NCBI GenBank assembly: GCA_046563655.1
Contig: CM102289.1
Location: 2,604,001 to 2,668,000 of the forward strand
DNA: 64,000 nt
Source of the DNA: Yuukianura sp. NJ FZ-2021
Taxonomy: Eukaryota
Direction: 5' to 3'
The position numbers were made by a program, and so were the translations under genes. Shown here piece after piece: positions 1 to 12,236 of this stretch (within the stretch, counting starts at the first letter, position 1; every line of letters starts with the position of its first letter). The notes below the pieces were generated by a model. It saw only the letters and a program-made list of their open reading frames with translations. It had not been told where the DNA came from and did no database searches.

Positions 1-1062
1 TTTCTTCAAAAGGTGTTAAAAATATAATTCCAAGTTGAAGAATCAATTTTTTTTTATAAAATGTTTGCACAAAATTGGATTTTGATAGCATTGGCGATGC
101 CAGACAGCTATTGGTTATGCGGCTTATCTTCAACAAATTTATTGCCGATTGTGACTATTTATATTTATTGGTGATTGTATTATTTTTGTCCGAAATGTGT
201 TAAATCATCGACAATGTAATGTAAGTCGACATTTATTTGTCAAAAATTTATTAAAAACATTATTGACAAATGCCCACAAATGCTCAGGTGACTGGGATGC
301 ATTGAAGAGAGTCACTAGTGAGACACGAAAAATTACTGGGTTGAGCTGAACCTGAGTTACAACGCGCAGTATCACCACCATATTTGTTACCACTTAGTAG
401 AGACACTGGATGGTTACAGTGCACCAGCTATTTTTAATTGTAAAGACCCTATAGCATGTGGTGATATATGTGAAAACTTTGTGTAACCACCCATAGGAAT
501 CGCTGCTTGGATACAAGGATTACATCTTGCGTCGGTGATCACAAAGGTTACCATTTAGGGGAACTCCAACCAATTAATGCAAACAAAAAAAATCAAGTTC
601 AATTGTGTCGTCAATGCAGTACATTGATTGTTAAATTTAAAATAAACTTTAATTTAAAGTCGGTTAATCTACTTTGTTGGATTCCTGTTTATGGAAATCG
701 TTCTTCGTATCTATGAAACTCTGGAATTCAGTAAAAAAAAGTTGGGGTCATTGCCATGTATCAGCTGAAAGGTTCGGAAAATTACAAAGGTAAAACCTCT
801 TATCAAACAAAACTTTAACGTTTTACAACGTACTTCTTTTAATTTGTTGATACTTTAACCTTTTTATGATTAAGATTATGTTTTTTTTTTAGAGAGAAGT
901 TAAAAAGGTGGCAGTGAAACATTGAAATATCAGCCTGTCCATTCATCGTTTCTTCTCACCTTGAGCGAGGCTATTTTCGCAGCGGTTGATGCTGAACGCT
1001 GAAACGTATCTCTGACACATCAAATTATATCGAACGTTGAATTTAACCTACGACTTGGAAAG

Positions 1063-2846
1063 ATGGGGTCAGACAGCTCGCAGAACCGAGTTGTGGCGTA
1101 TTTCTATGACGGCGATGTTGGTAACTTCCACTATGGCCCACGTCACCCAATGAAGCCTCATCGTCTCACCGTAACGCACAGTCTTGTCTTGAATTACGGA
1201 CTGGATAAGAAGATGCAGTTGTACCGCCCATACCGCGCCTCGTCTCACGACATGTCCAGGTGAGGTAAAATTTAAGGCGGGTTCAGCAATTCAATAATCA
1301 ATCAATGACATTTCGATTTCAATGTTCTTGCGATGGAGTGAGAACAATATATATTGTTTAACATGCGTATCTTTTTTTTTTAGGTTTCACTCCGAAGAGT
1401 ACGTGGAATTCCTTCAACGCGTCACACCGCAAAACATTCAAGGATTTAGTAAAAGTCTCAGCTCGTTCAACGTAGGTGACGACTGTCCAGTTTTCGATGG
1501 TCTCTTTGACTTTTGCTCCATGTACACTGGAGCTTCCCTGGAAGGAGCTGTGAAAATCAACAATGAAGATTGCTCAATTGCAATCAATTGGTCAGGAGGT
1601 TTGCATCACGCGAAGAAAACGGAGGCCTCCGGGTTTTGTTATATCAATGATATTGTAATAGCCATTTTAGAACTTCTAAAGTACCATTCACGAGTTCTGT
1701 ATATCGATATTGATATTCATCACGGTGATGGGGTTCAAGAAGCATTTTATCACACTGATCGCGTGATGACCGTGTCATTCCACAAGTATGGCAACTACTT
1801 TTTCCCTGGTACCAATCCATCTTTTACTACATTTTTACTCTTGATTGTATTTGTTCAGTGAATTTGGAGACTCGAATTTCTTTGATTTTGATAGGCACCG
1901 GTGACATGTACGAGTTAGGGTCTGAAGGCGGACGCTATTACTCAGTAAATGTTCCACTCCGTGAAGGGATTGACGATGCCAGTTACATGCAGATATTTAA
2001 ACCAATCATTCAGGTATTTATTGTGTTCAATAGGACAAGAAAATTGACCCAGATCAGATCCAATGAACTTTTTACGTTGCCGGCTGGGTATTGAATTCAA
2101 ATTAATAATGAATTTGCCTTCATTTTTCAGAGTGTAATGGAGTACTACCGTCCCACAGCAATCGTGTTACAATGCGGAGCAGATTCTTTGGCAAATGATA
2201 GACTCGGCTGTTTTAGCCTTTCGGCCAAAGGCCACGGGTTAGTTTCTGATGATTAGTATATTTGCTTTTAAATTTTGACATTCAATTAATCGTTTGCATT
2301 TTCAGAGAATGCGTCAAGTTTGTGAAAGATTTCAACGTTCCACTGCTGGTGTTGGGTGGTGGTGGATACACTCTGCGTAATGTTGCACGCTGCTGGACTT
2401 ACGAGACTTCACTACTTATCGACGAATCCATCAACAATGAATTGCCTTACACAGGTACTAGGCACCGCAATATCGAATCGTTGAAGTTGAAGTAGTTTCT
2501 CATTTAAATCATGTTATTTTTAGAATATTTTGAGTACTTTGGACCCGACTTCACCTTACATCCTGAAATCGTGACGAGGCAGGACAACGCCAACACAAAA
2601 CAATACTTAGACCTCATAGTAAAACATACTGTTGAGAACTTGAAGATTCTGGAGCATGCGCCTAGTGTTCAATTCCAAGATGTCCCTCCGGACTTGCTGA
2701 ATTTGGACATTGTCGAGGAATCTAATCCTGACGAGAGAAAAAATCAGACTGAGGAGGACCGAAAAATTGATCATCCAGCGGAGTTCTTTGATGGCGAAAA
2801 AGACAATGACCAACAACAAGGTACCAAAGGAAAGGCGGAGGTATGA
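1063..2846 (+). CDS. HDAC3: Histone deacetylase 3 (class I HDAC), 6 exons, ~439 aa
   Basis: Exons 1063-1259, 1384-1808, 1895-2013, 2131-2237, 2306-2454, 2524-2846 join in frame with GT-AG introns. Motifs [60 protein letters not shown] and [12 protein letters not shown] fit the HDAC3 subtype. Confidence 0.97.
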
Positions 2847-3408
2847 GTATTTACAAAATCATCTAAATCGTAATGTAAAAGTCGTTTTCTCGTTTTCTAA
2901 AGATTAACTTAGAACAGTCTTAGGTTAGGTTAATTAATTGCACGTACTGTAAAACATAAGTTAAGGTAGGGAGGAATTCGTGGGAAGGAAGCGTATCGGG
3001 ACGCGCAGTATTTGGTTTGTTGTTTCCCATTCCATTAAAAAATTCTAAGCTCAGGGATAAGGAAGCACTATTATAATTTTAATGTTTATTAAAAAAGTTT
3101 TACTTTACTTACTATTTCAAAAATGAAAATTTGTTCAGTGTTCCACATATTGTCGCCGTGCTTTGTAGATTTATCTTCTTTTTTTTTCTCCAAAATGGTT
3201 CACTGTAATAATTCATTTTTAATTTCCGTTGGCTATGCCAAAGCATATTTGTATCGCTTAGTCATATCTAATGACGCGTTTGACAAAACTTTTCAAGTTG
3301 AGTTTCGCATTTCTCTCAGTTTTGAGAATCTTGATTTGAGAATTTCCGACTAGACTTTCCGTTGTAGTCCATCGTACTCTTCATCATTCTTGCATAAGGT
3401 TGACATTA

Positions 3409-3660
3409 TTAGGTAGCAAGAGCTACTTTATCAATCGACCTTGTCTGTCCGTCCGTATATCTCCGATCTGTTTACGCCAGTAGACACGTATTGAACCTGA
3501 GACGTTCAATATTTATGTAATATCATCCCAGTGGGTTAACTTCCAAGTCAAAGGTCATAGTCAGCCGGTTTCATTTCTGGCAACACAAATTGACAAAAGT
3601 TGAACAGTTCTTTCGCTACTTTCGTACACTACAGGTTGCAATCGGATTTTTGTTTGTAGG
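3409..3660 (+). mobile_element. Helentron/DINE-1-like (HINE) non-autonomous element, approximate ends
   Basis: 5' hairpin gtagcaagagctac followed by ttt, a GTCY microsatellite (tgtctgtccgtccgt) and a downstream tttcgctactt motif. Same layout at ~6801 and ~17156. Confidence 0.5.
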
Positions 3661-5015
3661 ATCTTTATGATTGTTTATAGGTTTTAAACGGTGTTACCGC
3701 CACAGAATTTCAAAATTGACGGATTTTTGATGTAGCTGAAAATAACCACGCCGACACATTTCTCTGTCGGAACCTTTAGCGTTTAAGACTATTCATTTAA
3801 AAGGTAAGAAGATGAGCAAATAAACAGTTCATGACATGTGACAAGCAAAACATGGTGGCTTGCGTTATGTGGGGCTATATCGCTCCCTTTGAAATTTTGT
3901 TCTAAAAGCAGTTTTTTAAAATTTCAGAAAAAAAAAGAAACAAAAATTGCGCAGATATCTTTGCTTCTAAGCTCTAACTGCTGTTGATACGAAGGCGTTC
4001 GCGTGCGCCTTGGAAGAATGTTAGAATCAACCTTAGAACATGAGAAACTTTAGAACGTTTTCTTTCATCAGGTTCGCTTTTCCAAAAATTCCCATTTGGT
4101 TTCCGCCGTTTCACATTATCAAATGTCTTCACCCAAAAGACTTTACTCGTGTCTCATTCAGGAATTGGAAACGGAATACATAGAAAAGATGCGAAATAAG
4201 GCTAATTGCCCATCTTAAATTGGCACTCTGAGTATCGTTTTTGCGAAGTCGCTCGAAGATCTTTTTTCCTTCCCTAAAGACTTATTTTCGCACACTCCTC
4301 CACCACCACCACTTTTTTGCGTTTCGGCAGAAACAGATTTCAATTTTTGATCCTAAAAATATCCTCGGAAGCTCGAGAGTAAAAATAAACCTCCAAAATA
4401 CCAAAATATCCAAAGAAGAATTTTTATTATTCACTTTTTTTCAAAATTAGTTTCAAAAAAATATTTTCCAAACTCCTGCATAATATTATTACCCCTTTTT
4501 GTCCAAAACTTAAAATTTTTAAATCGGAAGTTGGCTGCTCTTACTATAAACTAGCATACTCAAATGCGTTGAAAATTTATGTTGCTGAAGATTTTTATAA
4601 TTTTTGAACTTTTTAAAGCATTTTGAAAGTAAAAATACTCCGTCTGCCTTTAAAATGTGCCTCTTCGACATATTCCACAGGCGGAATATGTGTAATATGA
4701 CTAAAATCCCTGGCTGAGAGTAAGTTATTATGATTCTAGGAAATGGGTTACAAAATGCGGCGTCTTCCTGACCCCCGAATCCCGAATTTTTGCAACCGTG
4801 ACGCTCATCGTGACTCCCACACTCCTCCTGAATTTTTTTTTGCGGAGCGGAGTGGAGCCTTAAGCACCGGAATTCCATGAAACACTGTGTGTTCTAATGA
4901 TTATCATGAAAATAATGAAAACAGGAAGCGTCTTTTTCAGAACACAGTTTGGGGGTGAACATACTGCAAGCTCAGATTTCTTCCACTTCGCTTAACGTAT
5001 TTGGAAATATCCAAA

Positions 5016-6627
5016 ATGGTGAGTAATTTCATCATTGTGAATTAAAACTAACAACAGTAATTCCCTAATTATTTGAAAGTTCATAATAAGTTCATAATAA
5101 TTCTGCGAAGTTTTCAAAATTCATTTGTTCGGAATTGTACTCATGTTTTTAGAGTTGATCTTTTCGGAACAAAAGTTAGTTAGTTTTAGTGGAAAACATT
5201 TTCACACATTCCTTTTGTAACGCAAATTTCGAATTTCAAAAGAAATGGATGAGTATAATGTCGGCTTTCAGTTTTGTACGCTCACACTATCAGTACTTCA
5301 ATATCATTGCTGGAAATGAGTTTCCAAGAAACTAATTGCTTCGAAACGTAAATTGCTCCGAATGGTAAATTGCTCCGAAAATCAAATTAATTGGTTTCGT
5401 AGCAATTCATTAGGTGCAATTTGCTTCGGAGTATTTAATTCGGAACAATGGCGTATTATCCCATACTATTACGTATTACTCCACTGATTAAAACATCGAT
5501 GACATGATGACTTCTATAAGAAATGGAAACGAAAAGTAACGTGTCCGGTTTTTTTTACTTTTGTAAAATTTTTCTAAACAAAAGTACATCCACTTCTGAA
5601 ATCGTTTCAGAAAACATTGAAAAGTAGAAAGAATTTGTATTTAGAGAAGTTTTGAAAGAAGTTGTTGAAACACACTGGGAATAAGTTCACGGTTTTAATC
5701 GTTTGATTGATGGGAACAAATTAAGCTTGAATATGCCACATTTCTTTTAATTATTTTCCAATTCAGAGTCTTTCGGATGAATGCATGGGGAAGTTGGATG
5801 AAGTGAAATGCAAGGGTATTCAGTATTGTGTCATGAAAATTGACGAATTGGATGCTGCCGTTCCGGTGGTGGAACTTGAGACAGTTGGTAAGGCAGTAAT
5901 TCTCAAAATGTTTCCTGTTTCAAAAAATACACAACTATTTTAAGAACTTAGGAACACCACTTTGTAGATTTAAAAAGTTGGCAAAGTATCAACTAACACA
6001 CACCTTTATAACTTTCACCTGGACTTATGACATGCCATTTAGCCTCCTTTTTACTCATCAAAAACTGATTGTGAGTTACTTTTAAATTTTTCAACAACTG
6101 ATGAAATTATAGGTCCAAAGGGAGCGTCTTATGAGAAATTCGTAGCCGATCTTACGAAATCCAAGGATTGTCGATTCGGTGCGTTCAGCTACATGGTCAA
6201 TAAGGTATAAAAATCAATTTTATGAAATGTAGTTTCAAAATTTTTAGAAAACTCAACTCAAAACTCAGTGCGGTTGTAAAAAATATCCTTTGACAAATTT
6301 CTATTTCAGAATGTCAGAAAATTTTGTGTTAGAGATGACGTGTAGCAAAAATCTGTTTCATATTTCAGAAATCTCATCCTGTTATTTTCTACTGGACTCC
6401 GCATGAGGCCGATTCTTTGACAACTTTGTGCTACACCAATACCAACACGGAAATCAAGAAAACTGCTTTCCACGGAATGCCTGAAATTCACGTAATGCAA
6501 AATTTCATAAACAAAAATAACAACATTTTTTTGAAGTTGTTAATTTTATAAATTTGAACAATAGGCTTCGGATTTAGCAAAACTGGATGCGGACGTCATA
6601 ACAGCCAAACTTGAAGAAATCTATTAA
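5016..6627 (+). CDS. Divergent ADF/cofilin-family (ADF-H) protein, 5 exons, 133 aa; missed by ORF track
   Basis: Exons 5016-5018 (ATG only, as in many cofilin genes), 5767-5887, 6113-6204, 6369-6491, 6565-6627 join in frame: MSLSDECMGKLDEVKCKGIQYCVMKID...VELETVGPKGASYEKFVADLTKSKDCRFGAFSY...VIFYWTPHEA...EIHASDLAKLDADVITAKLEEIY. Matches the cofilin pattern YxxFxxDL...CR(Y/F)G...WxP...ASD. Confidence 0.88.
5332..5450. repeat. Short degenerate ~16-bp minisatellite with inverted second half
   Basis: aattgcttcgaaacgta/aattgctccgaatggta/aattgctccgaaaatca followed by reversed copies (ttcgtagcaatt, ttcggaacaat), inside cofilin intron 1. Confidence 0.5.
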
Positions 6628-6800
6628 AAATTTAGGAACAGTTTAATTTTTAGAATCCTTTGAACCCATTTTGTATCACCAAATATAGTGGAACAAGGAA
6701 CTCAATCTGTTGAATTTGGTTAGATCTGAAAACTGCTGAAACATTACAAATAAAACTCACATAATCAATTCAGAACATGTAATATGCATGGCTACATATT

Positions 6801-7155
6801 AAGTACGGAAAGTAGTTTGCTACTTTATGTTTTTCTCCGAATTTGTCTGTCCGTCTGTGTGCTAGTCACTATACATCAGGAACCACTGGACCGATTTTCA
6901 ATCTCCCTCGGCCGATGAATTTCAGACGATCGGGGAGTGATTGACCGGAAGTGGCCAACTTCCGGTCACCCTCATAAGCCTATGTGTACATTTCTGTATT
7001 TACATAAGGCGTTTAACAGCTAACGCGCGTTAAAAAAACTGGTAAGCAAAATATAAACAACTTTTTAATTATATAATGCCAGTTTTCTCGTAAGCAACAG
7101 TTACAACTTTCTCTTCATCTTCATATATTTTTTTAATTGGTGACGCTACTACTCG
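6801..7155 (+). mobile_element. Helentron/DINE-1-like element, approximate ends
   Basis: aagtagtttgctacttt hairpin, tgtctgtccgtctgt microsatellite, accgatttt core, gctacta-like end motif. Confidence 0.45.
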
Positions 7156-7624
7156 GAAATGAAAAATTATTTATCCTCGACGTTTTGCGGTTTGGCATAA
7201 CAGTATCCGGGTGACTTTACTCAATTAGTTTGACGGCTTTAGCTGACGACCTACCGCACCATATGGTTACAACAAGAAACCAAACCACGAAGAAAAACGT
7301 TAATAAACTTTAACAAAACTTAAAAAAAAATTAAAACCTTTAGCTAAAAAAGCATTTAATTGATCGCGAGTAAAAACGTTATAGTCCAAATTCATATTTA
7401 TATTAAGGAGGCAGTAACGGATTTTATGAAAAGTTTTTTCTTTCAAACATTTGAGGCAAAAAGTATTGGAGTTGGACAAAATTAAAATTCGTATTTCTGA
7501 AGTAATATTTGTTGTCCAATGGAACGTTGAAGGCCCTATCAATTTGAACTTAATCAAAGCGGGAAGTTTAGTTTGACCGAGGCTGAAGTAATTGGAGCTC
7601 ATGATTAATCAATTAAATTTAACG

Positions 7625-7631
7625 TATAAAA
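7625..7631 (+). promoter_or_regulatory. TATA box of secreted-protein gene A
   Basis: TATAAAA about 90 nt upstream of ATG 7718, conserved at the equivalent position (13001-13007) in paralog B. Confidence 0.6.
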
Positions 7632-7717
7632 TGTGCAGGAAATTGTAATGTGAAAATTGATCATCCGCCTATATTTTCTTGTAATAAAAACTCATACAGA
7701 AAAGTAGAATAGACATT

Positions 7718-8587
7718 ATGACCAAGTGGTTTTGCCTTGTGGCCCTTGTGGTAAGTATTTATTTTTTTTTGTTTAAAACAGTGTTTACGACGTTGTGACA
7801 CAAAACGAAATTTTGAATTTTAATCAAAGAAAGAAAGAAAGTTAATTTTTAACTAATTTTTTTTATAGGCATACACCAACGCTGGTGTTGTTAAGCGAGG
7901 ACTTGCTGACTATCTGGGTAAGTTTCACAATTTAACTTTCAATCTTGCTGCAAGATTCCTTAAAAAAATGTCAATTAACCTAATAAAATATGTAACACAG
8001 GCTATAAAATTAATGGAAACTTAACCTTGTTTGTAAGTTGGAACCATTTCTAATTTTGGAAGCAGTGTTTTGCCAGAAGAGTCGATGCGAAACGGCTGTG
8101 CTTCTGTCGGGCTATACAACCGAGAGAAGGACGGAAGCCCACCACGGAGAGATTCCAATGGAGGACTCTGTAAGTTCAAATTCAAAAATGGCGCAATTTT
8201 GCGATGAGTTTGAAATGTGTCATGCCTTTCGGACAGAAATAACCGTATATTGATTGTGTTTAAGCCGGTATGGTTGGTAGTGGATTGGCTCAATTCGGCG
8301 ACACTATTTTCTCCAAAAGTGGGATGGAAGAGGGCTGCATGAACGCTGGATTTTACGATCCAAACCTAGACGAAAACGGACAACCCAAGAACCAGGGACA
8401 ATTCAAGGCACCATGGGCTCAAGGCGGAGGCTCTGGTCAGATGGGAGGTGGAACAACGAACTTCTACTTGAATGGAGGAGGTCAAGGTCAGCAACAACAG
8501 ACCAAAAAGAAGACCTTCAAGTGCTTCCGCAACGGAGTTCAAGTAGAATGCGACGCTGCAACTATTGCGCAAGCCAACGGAAAGTAA
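7718..8587 (+). CDS. Secreted Gly/Gln-rich precursor of unknown family, paralog A, 4 exons, 178 aa
   Basis: Exons 7718-7750, 7869-7917, 8038-8169, 8265-8587 in frame. Signal peptide MTKWFCLVALVAYTNA, then GVVKR, four Cys after the KR site, C-terminal GK. Exon structure identical to paralog at 13098. Two acceptors are AAG. Confidence 0.85.
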
Positions 8588-8894
8588 ATGATTTAGCACA
8601 GCATTGATCCACTTCATCCTGCTGAAGCAGTCCACAATGGATTAATTATTTATCGGATTAATTACCAAGTATAAATCAGAACAAAATGTAAACCATAGAA
8701 AATATGAATCACAGTGTTTTGTGTTACTCTGGAATTCCAAATTTTCATCTCTAGAACATGAAAATACTTAATTAGCACAAATTTTCAAATCCTATGAAAA
8801 GGCTACCGAAAAACTTGAACGCTTCTATGACTCTTAGCAAAACTCGGTTTGGTTTCCCGGATGGTAAAAATCCGCAAGTTGAGTCTACAAGCAT

Positions 8895-9370
8895 GAATTA
8901 GTATAACCGATTTTCAATTTGTCTGCAGATTCAGATGAACTTTCACATAGTCTGGAGGTGCCAAAAATAGTTTTTAATTATGTCATCCTATTTCTATCAG
9001 AATTCCTTTTGAATGTCATATTTTCTTGAAATTGGCAATGTTATTTTCGTCAAATGAAAAATTATCTATCGTAGACGGTTTGCGGTTTGACATAAACAAT
9101 CCAATTGGCTCTGCTCAATTAGTTTATTGGTTTTACCTGACCATTTATCAGAACCCGGTAACAACATTAAACCAAACCAAACTGACAAATTTAATTTCAG
9201 AACAACATTGAAATACATATCAAGCTGTTGCAGTGAAGGTAGTTAAAGACGAAGACGTACGCCAACGCAGGAGTTGTGAAGCGAGGACTTGCTGACAATT
9301 TTAGTTAGTTTCATAATTTAACTTTGTTAATCTTTTTAGAAAATTTCAATCAAATAATAAAATATGTAAT
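8895..9370 (+). pseudogene. Relic of secreted-protein gene: upstream block plus isolated exon 2
   Basis: 8895-9240 aligns with 12521-12860. 9256-9370 aligns with exon 2 (YANAGVVKRGLADNF) and the following intron of 13228-13350. Exons 1, 3 and 4 are absent. Confidence 0.85.
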
Positions 9371-9509
9371 GCAAATTTCAATCGCCATTTTTTCAGAACT
9401 GCATGCCTAGTTCAATTTTCAATTTTGCAATTTTACTTTTGTGTAATATGTTAACAAAGAGGTAAACCCTCAAAAATTTAAATAGTTACTGACAAGCATA
9501 GTTGAACGT

Positions 9510-9990
9510 AAACAAGAAATTTTCCATTATGCAGGAAAACTTCTTTTCAGATAAATCTTTTGTAACCTATAGTAATCTTAGCAAAACTCTGTTCAAACTA
9601 AATCGGTTTTTTTGTCGTTGTATTCCTAACTATTTTTTTCAGCCTCAATGACTTGCATAAAGCAGGTTCTGTTACGCCTTTTTTGTATCACATTTTTGAA
9701 ATTTTTATTTACGGTATGAGAAAACCAAACTAATGCTTAGCTAACAGCCCCGATTTTCGTAAAAAGCCGAAGTTCTTACTCTCGAGGAAGAAACGGACCA
9801 GCATTGAAGACAATGTCGACGAAATTGCAGGTGAAGGTGATACGTTTCCTGTTAAAAACACATTCAAAATTGAAACTCGCTCCGTTTTTAGTGAAAAAGC
9901 CGGTACACTAAAACCAAATGAGGAATTGTTAAGGAGGTAATTGCCTTTGCAGAATTTTTTCTTGCAACGTTTCAATACTACGTAGTTATG
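9510..9990 (+). pseudogene. 5' fragment of the GR-like gene (relic copy)
   Basis: Aligns with ~18900-19418. ATG 9813 gives MSTKLQVKVIRFLLKTHSKLKLAPF versus MLTKLQMEVIHFQLRTFSKLKLAPF, then frameshifts and stops. Confidence 0.85.
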
Positions 9991-10440
9991 TGTTTGTTTT
10001 TGCACTTTGTTTTTAACTGTATTAATTGATATTATAATAATTGCAGTTAACCTCGGCTAATATGACAAAATCAAGAAACAAAATCGTCATTTTATTTAAG
10101 AGGTAGTTATAATTACCGGAAAATTGGATGCATGACTACAGAATAGCATTACATATATTATGCATATTATATATACAACGATTAAATTGAAGAAATGAGC
10201 TCAGGAGCTTCCAGAACATGCGTGAAATAAACTTCCAATTAAATTATATTAATTAAATTGTGGCGTCATTAGATTAATCAAGTAAGTCATTATAATCATC
10301 ATTACTTTCAACTGCAAATGCATAAATTACAGTTTCAAATATAGTTAATTGTTAAGAAAAGGTATAACTACCTGAATTTCACTGAACAAATTGCATCACT
10401 TTTAACAATTTTGTGCTTCTCAATCCTACTTCACCACTTG

Positions 10441-11661
10441 CTATCCAAATAAGGCAGCATAGTCCTCGGGGCAAAAAGCTGAACCTAGTCTCGATTTCAC
10501 GAGCTCTGTCACATTACGAGAATTCATCAACTTTTTAAAACGATCTCTCGCATCCCCTTTTCTTCTGATGTTATTTGTACAGTCAAGACAAGTTTTACTC
10601 TTTTCTGTATTACAATTGTGATTTGCAAAAGATATTTTGATTTGCGATGAAGGAACCTCTAAGTCATTTTCAAATGTTAATTCTGGGTGAGTCCATTCGC
10701 CATCCTCACTGTAAGATAGTGTCCAATCAAATGTCTTAATGTCAATTTCATTGAGTGGGGTTAGACCATCCCCATCATAATTAACGACTGCGAACTTTTT
10801 AGGAGGCGGGGTACTCGATTTTGGGATAAGCATGGCTTGGGAGTACTCGTATTTGTATTTTCTCGTCCCGAGCACATAACCTACGTTGAGTAATCGTGGA
10901 ACAAATTGAATAGGAAACTCAAAAATGATTGAGCCGTAACGATTCTCTTGGACGTATCTTTTGGCTAGTTGAGGTATACCGCTGATCTCGTTTTCGTCGA
11001 GAACAACACCACACCAAACATAGGTCGGCGAATCGCCCGGATCACTAGAAGCCTTTCCGAAAGTAATCTGTTGATCCATGATCTGAATAATTTGAAGTGC
11101 GTTATCAATTGATGTGGCATGCCGCAAAAGTCGTTGTGGATGTAGCTTGATATTAATAGAAAAGCTCGTGTCCGGATTTCGTGCTTCTGGCCTGACCAGT
11201 TCGGAGTCTTTTACAAAGTCCAGTGAAACTGGTGGTTGTGGCCAAGATACAATAGTGGGACCTGCCAGTTCGTTACGAAAGTGTCGGTTCCATAAACTAA
11301 TCACATGCGCAATTTTCATCATTAACCTTTTACTACTTTGTAGTTGCCATTGAGTAGACGCCCATTGTTCGCATAGTTGTAAAATTTGGCCAAGGTAATA
11401 CGTCGGTTGCTGATTTATGTCAATTAGTTGGTTCCAGGGACCAAGAACTGGCCCAGCAATCGCAACGCGTGTCGCTTCTATAATGTTCGAAGCTAAAAGG
11501 AACTTCATTGGTGCGGAAAGTTCAACCTCCGCTTGCTTCATTGTCGTCAACAGTCCTTCTACGGCCATTCTGCCATGTTGGTACGATTTGTGACGTGCAT
11601 CTTCAAGTGTATTTGCACCCAGAATCACTTGAGCAACAATATCCAAACCATCGACTTCCAT
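10441..11661 (-). CDS. Orphan 406-aa protein, intronless CDS; putative ADP-ribosyltransferase-like fold plus His/Cys-rich tail
   Basis: 1221-bp open frame in AT-rich DNA. Likely 5'UTR splice acceptor (tttctag) at ~11704 on the minus strand. Motifs LRHATSIDNALQII, YVWCG, NRYGSIIFEFP, GTRKYKYEY, WTHPE, HNC..CLDC. The ORF is well supported; the function is inference. Confidence 0.75.
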   Translation of the reverse strand: MEVDGLDIVAQVILGANTLEDARHKSYQHGRMAVEGLLTTMKQAEVELSAPMKFLLASNIIEATRVAIAGPVLGPWNQLIDINQQPTYYLGQILQLCEQWASTQWQLQSSKRLMMKIAHVISLWNRHFRNELAGPTIVSWPQPPVSLDFVKDSELVRPEARNPDTSFSINIKLHPQRLLRHATSIDNALQIIQIMDQQITFGKASSDPGDSPTYVWCGVVLDENEISGIPQLAKRYVQENRYGSIIFEFPIQFVPRLLNVGYVLGTRKYKYEYSQAMLIPKSSTPPPKKFAVVNYDGDGLTPLNEIDIKTFDWTLSYSEDGEWTHPELTFENDLEVPSSQIKISFANHNCNTEKSKTCLDCTNNIRRKGDARDRFKKLMNSRNVTELVKSRLGSAFCPEDYAALFG

Positions 11662-12236
11662 TGTTGTTGAGATTATTGTTGAGTCGGCTTTCTAAGTCGT
11701 AATCTAGAAAAAAGTTGCAGTTATTAGCAGTACGTTGTTTCAAACAGGTTGATTTATACCATATGGCATGCGCTACCTTTTAACAAAATGCTTGTTGATC
11801 AATCCAAAAAAAATCCGGCGAAATGTTCGGGTTGAAAAGCTAACTAAAAGCTACCCTAGACAGGATTAAACTTAAGTAATAAAAATAATCAACCTAATTA
11901 ATTTTAATAAAACTAGTTAAGTTTTACCTTTAACTGCGTAGCCACGCGTCAAATGAATGTGAATAAACCACATCGAAATGAAACTTATTTATGCCAACTC
12001 GGCCGTTGTTCCCAACTTGCAAAAACGAAATTCGACATTATCTCGGCAATGGGCAGCAAATGTGACGCAAATAACATAATCTTCCAAGATGAATGATAAT
12101 AAACCGATTGTAAACCGCGCATAAAAAATGACTCTCGAGATAAGGTGGACCTTTTAAAGCTAACTGAGCGTCTCGCCACTCCGGGAATGACGTACCCCAC
12201 CCCCTTTTTTCACCCCCCCCCCCCTTGTTTTTTTCT

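Noticed and set aside
283..430. Minus-strand frame ending NFSCLTSDSLQCIPVT, faintly LDLa-like
   Set aside because: Short, bounded by stops, lacks the remaining LDLa Cys and acidic residues, and no supporting exons found.
3800..4880. ORFs 4241-4450 and 4519-4878, possible transposon remnant
   Set aside because: No recognisable domain and no convincing TIR/TSD pair.
8021..8293. Minus-strand ORFs similar between 8021-8293 and 13211-13537
   Set aside because: Antisense shadows of the duplicated plus-strand genes, whose splice sites and signal peptides define the real frame.
9990..12236. Segment around the 406-aa ORF as a defined transposon or endogenous virus
   Set aside because: No TIR, LTR, TSD, Helitron ends or transposase/polymerase motifs seen; mobility remains a hypothesis only.
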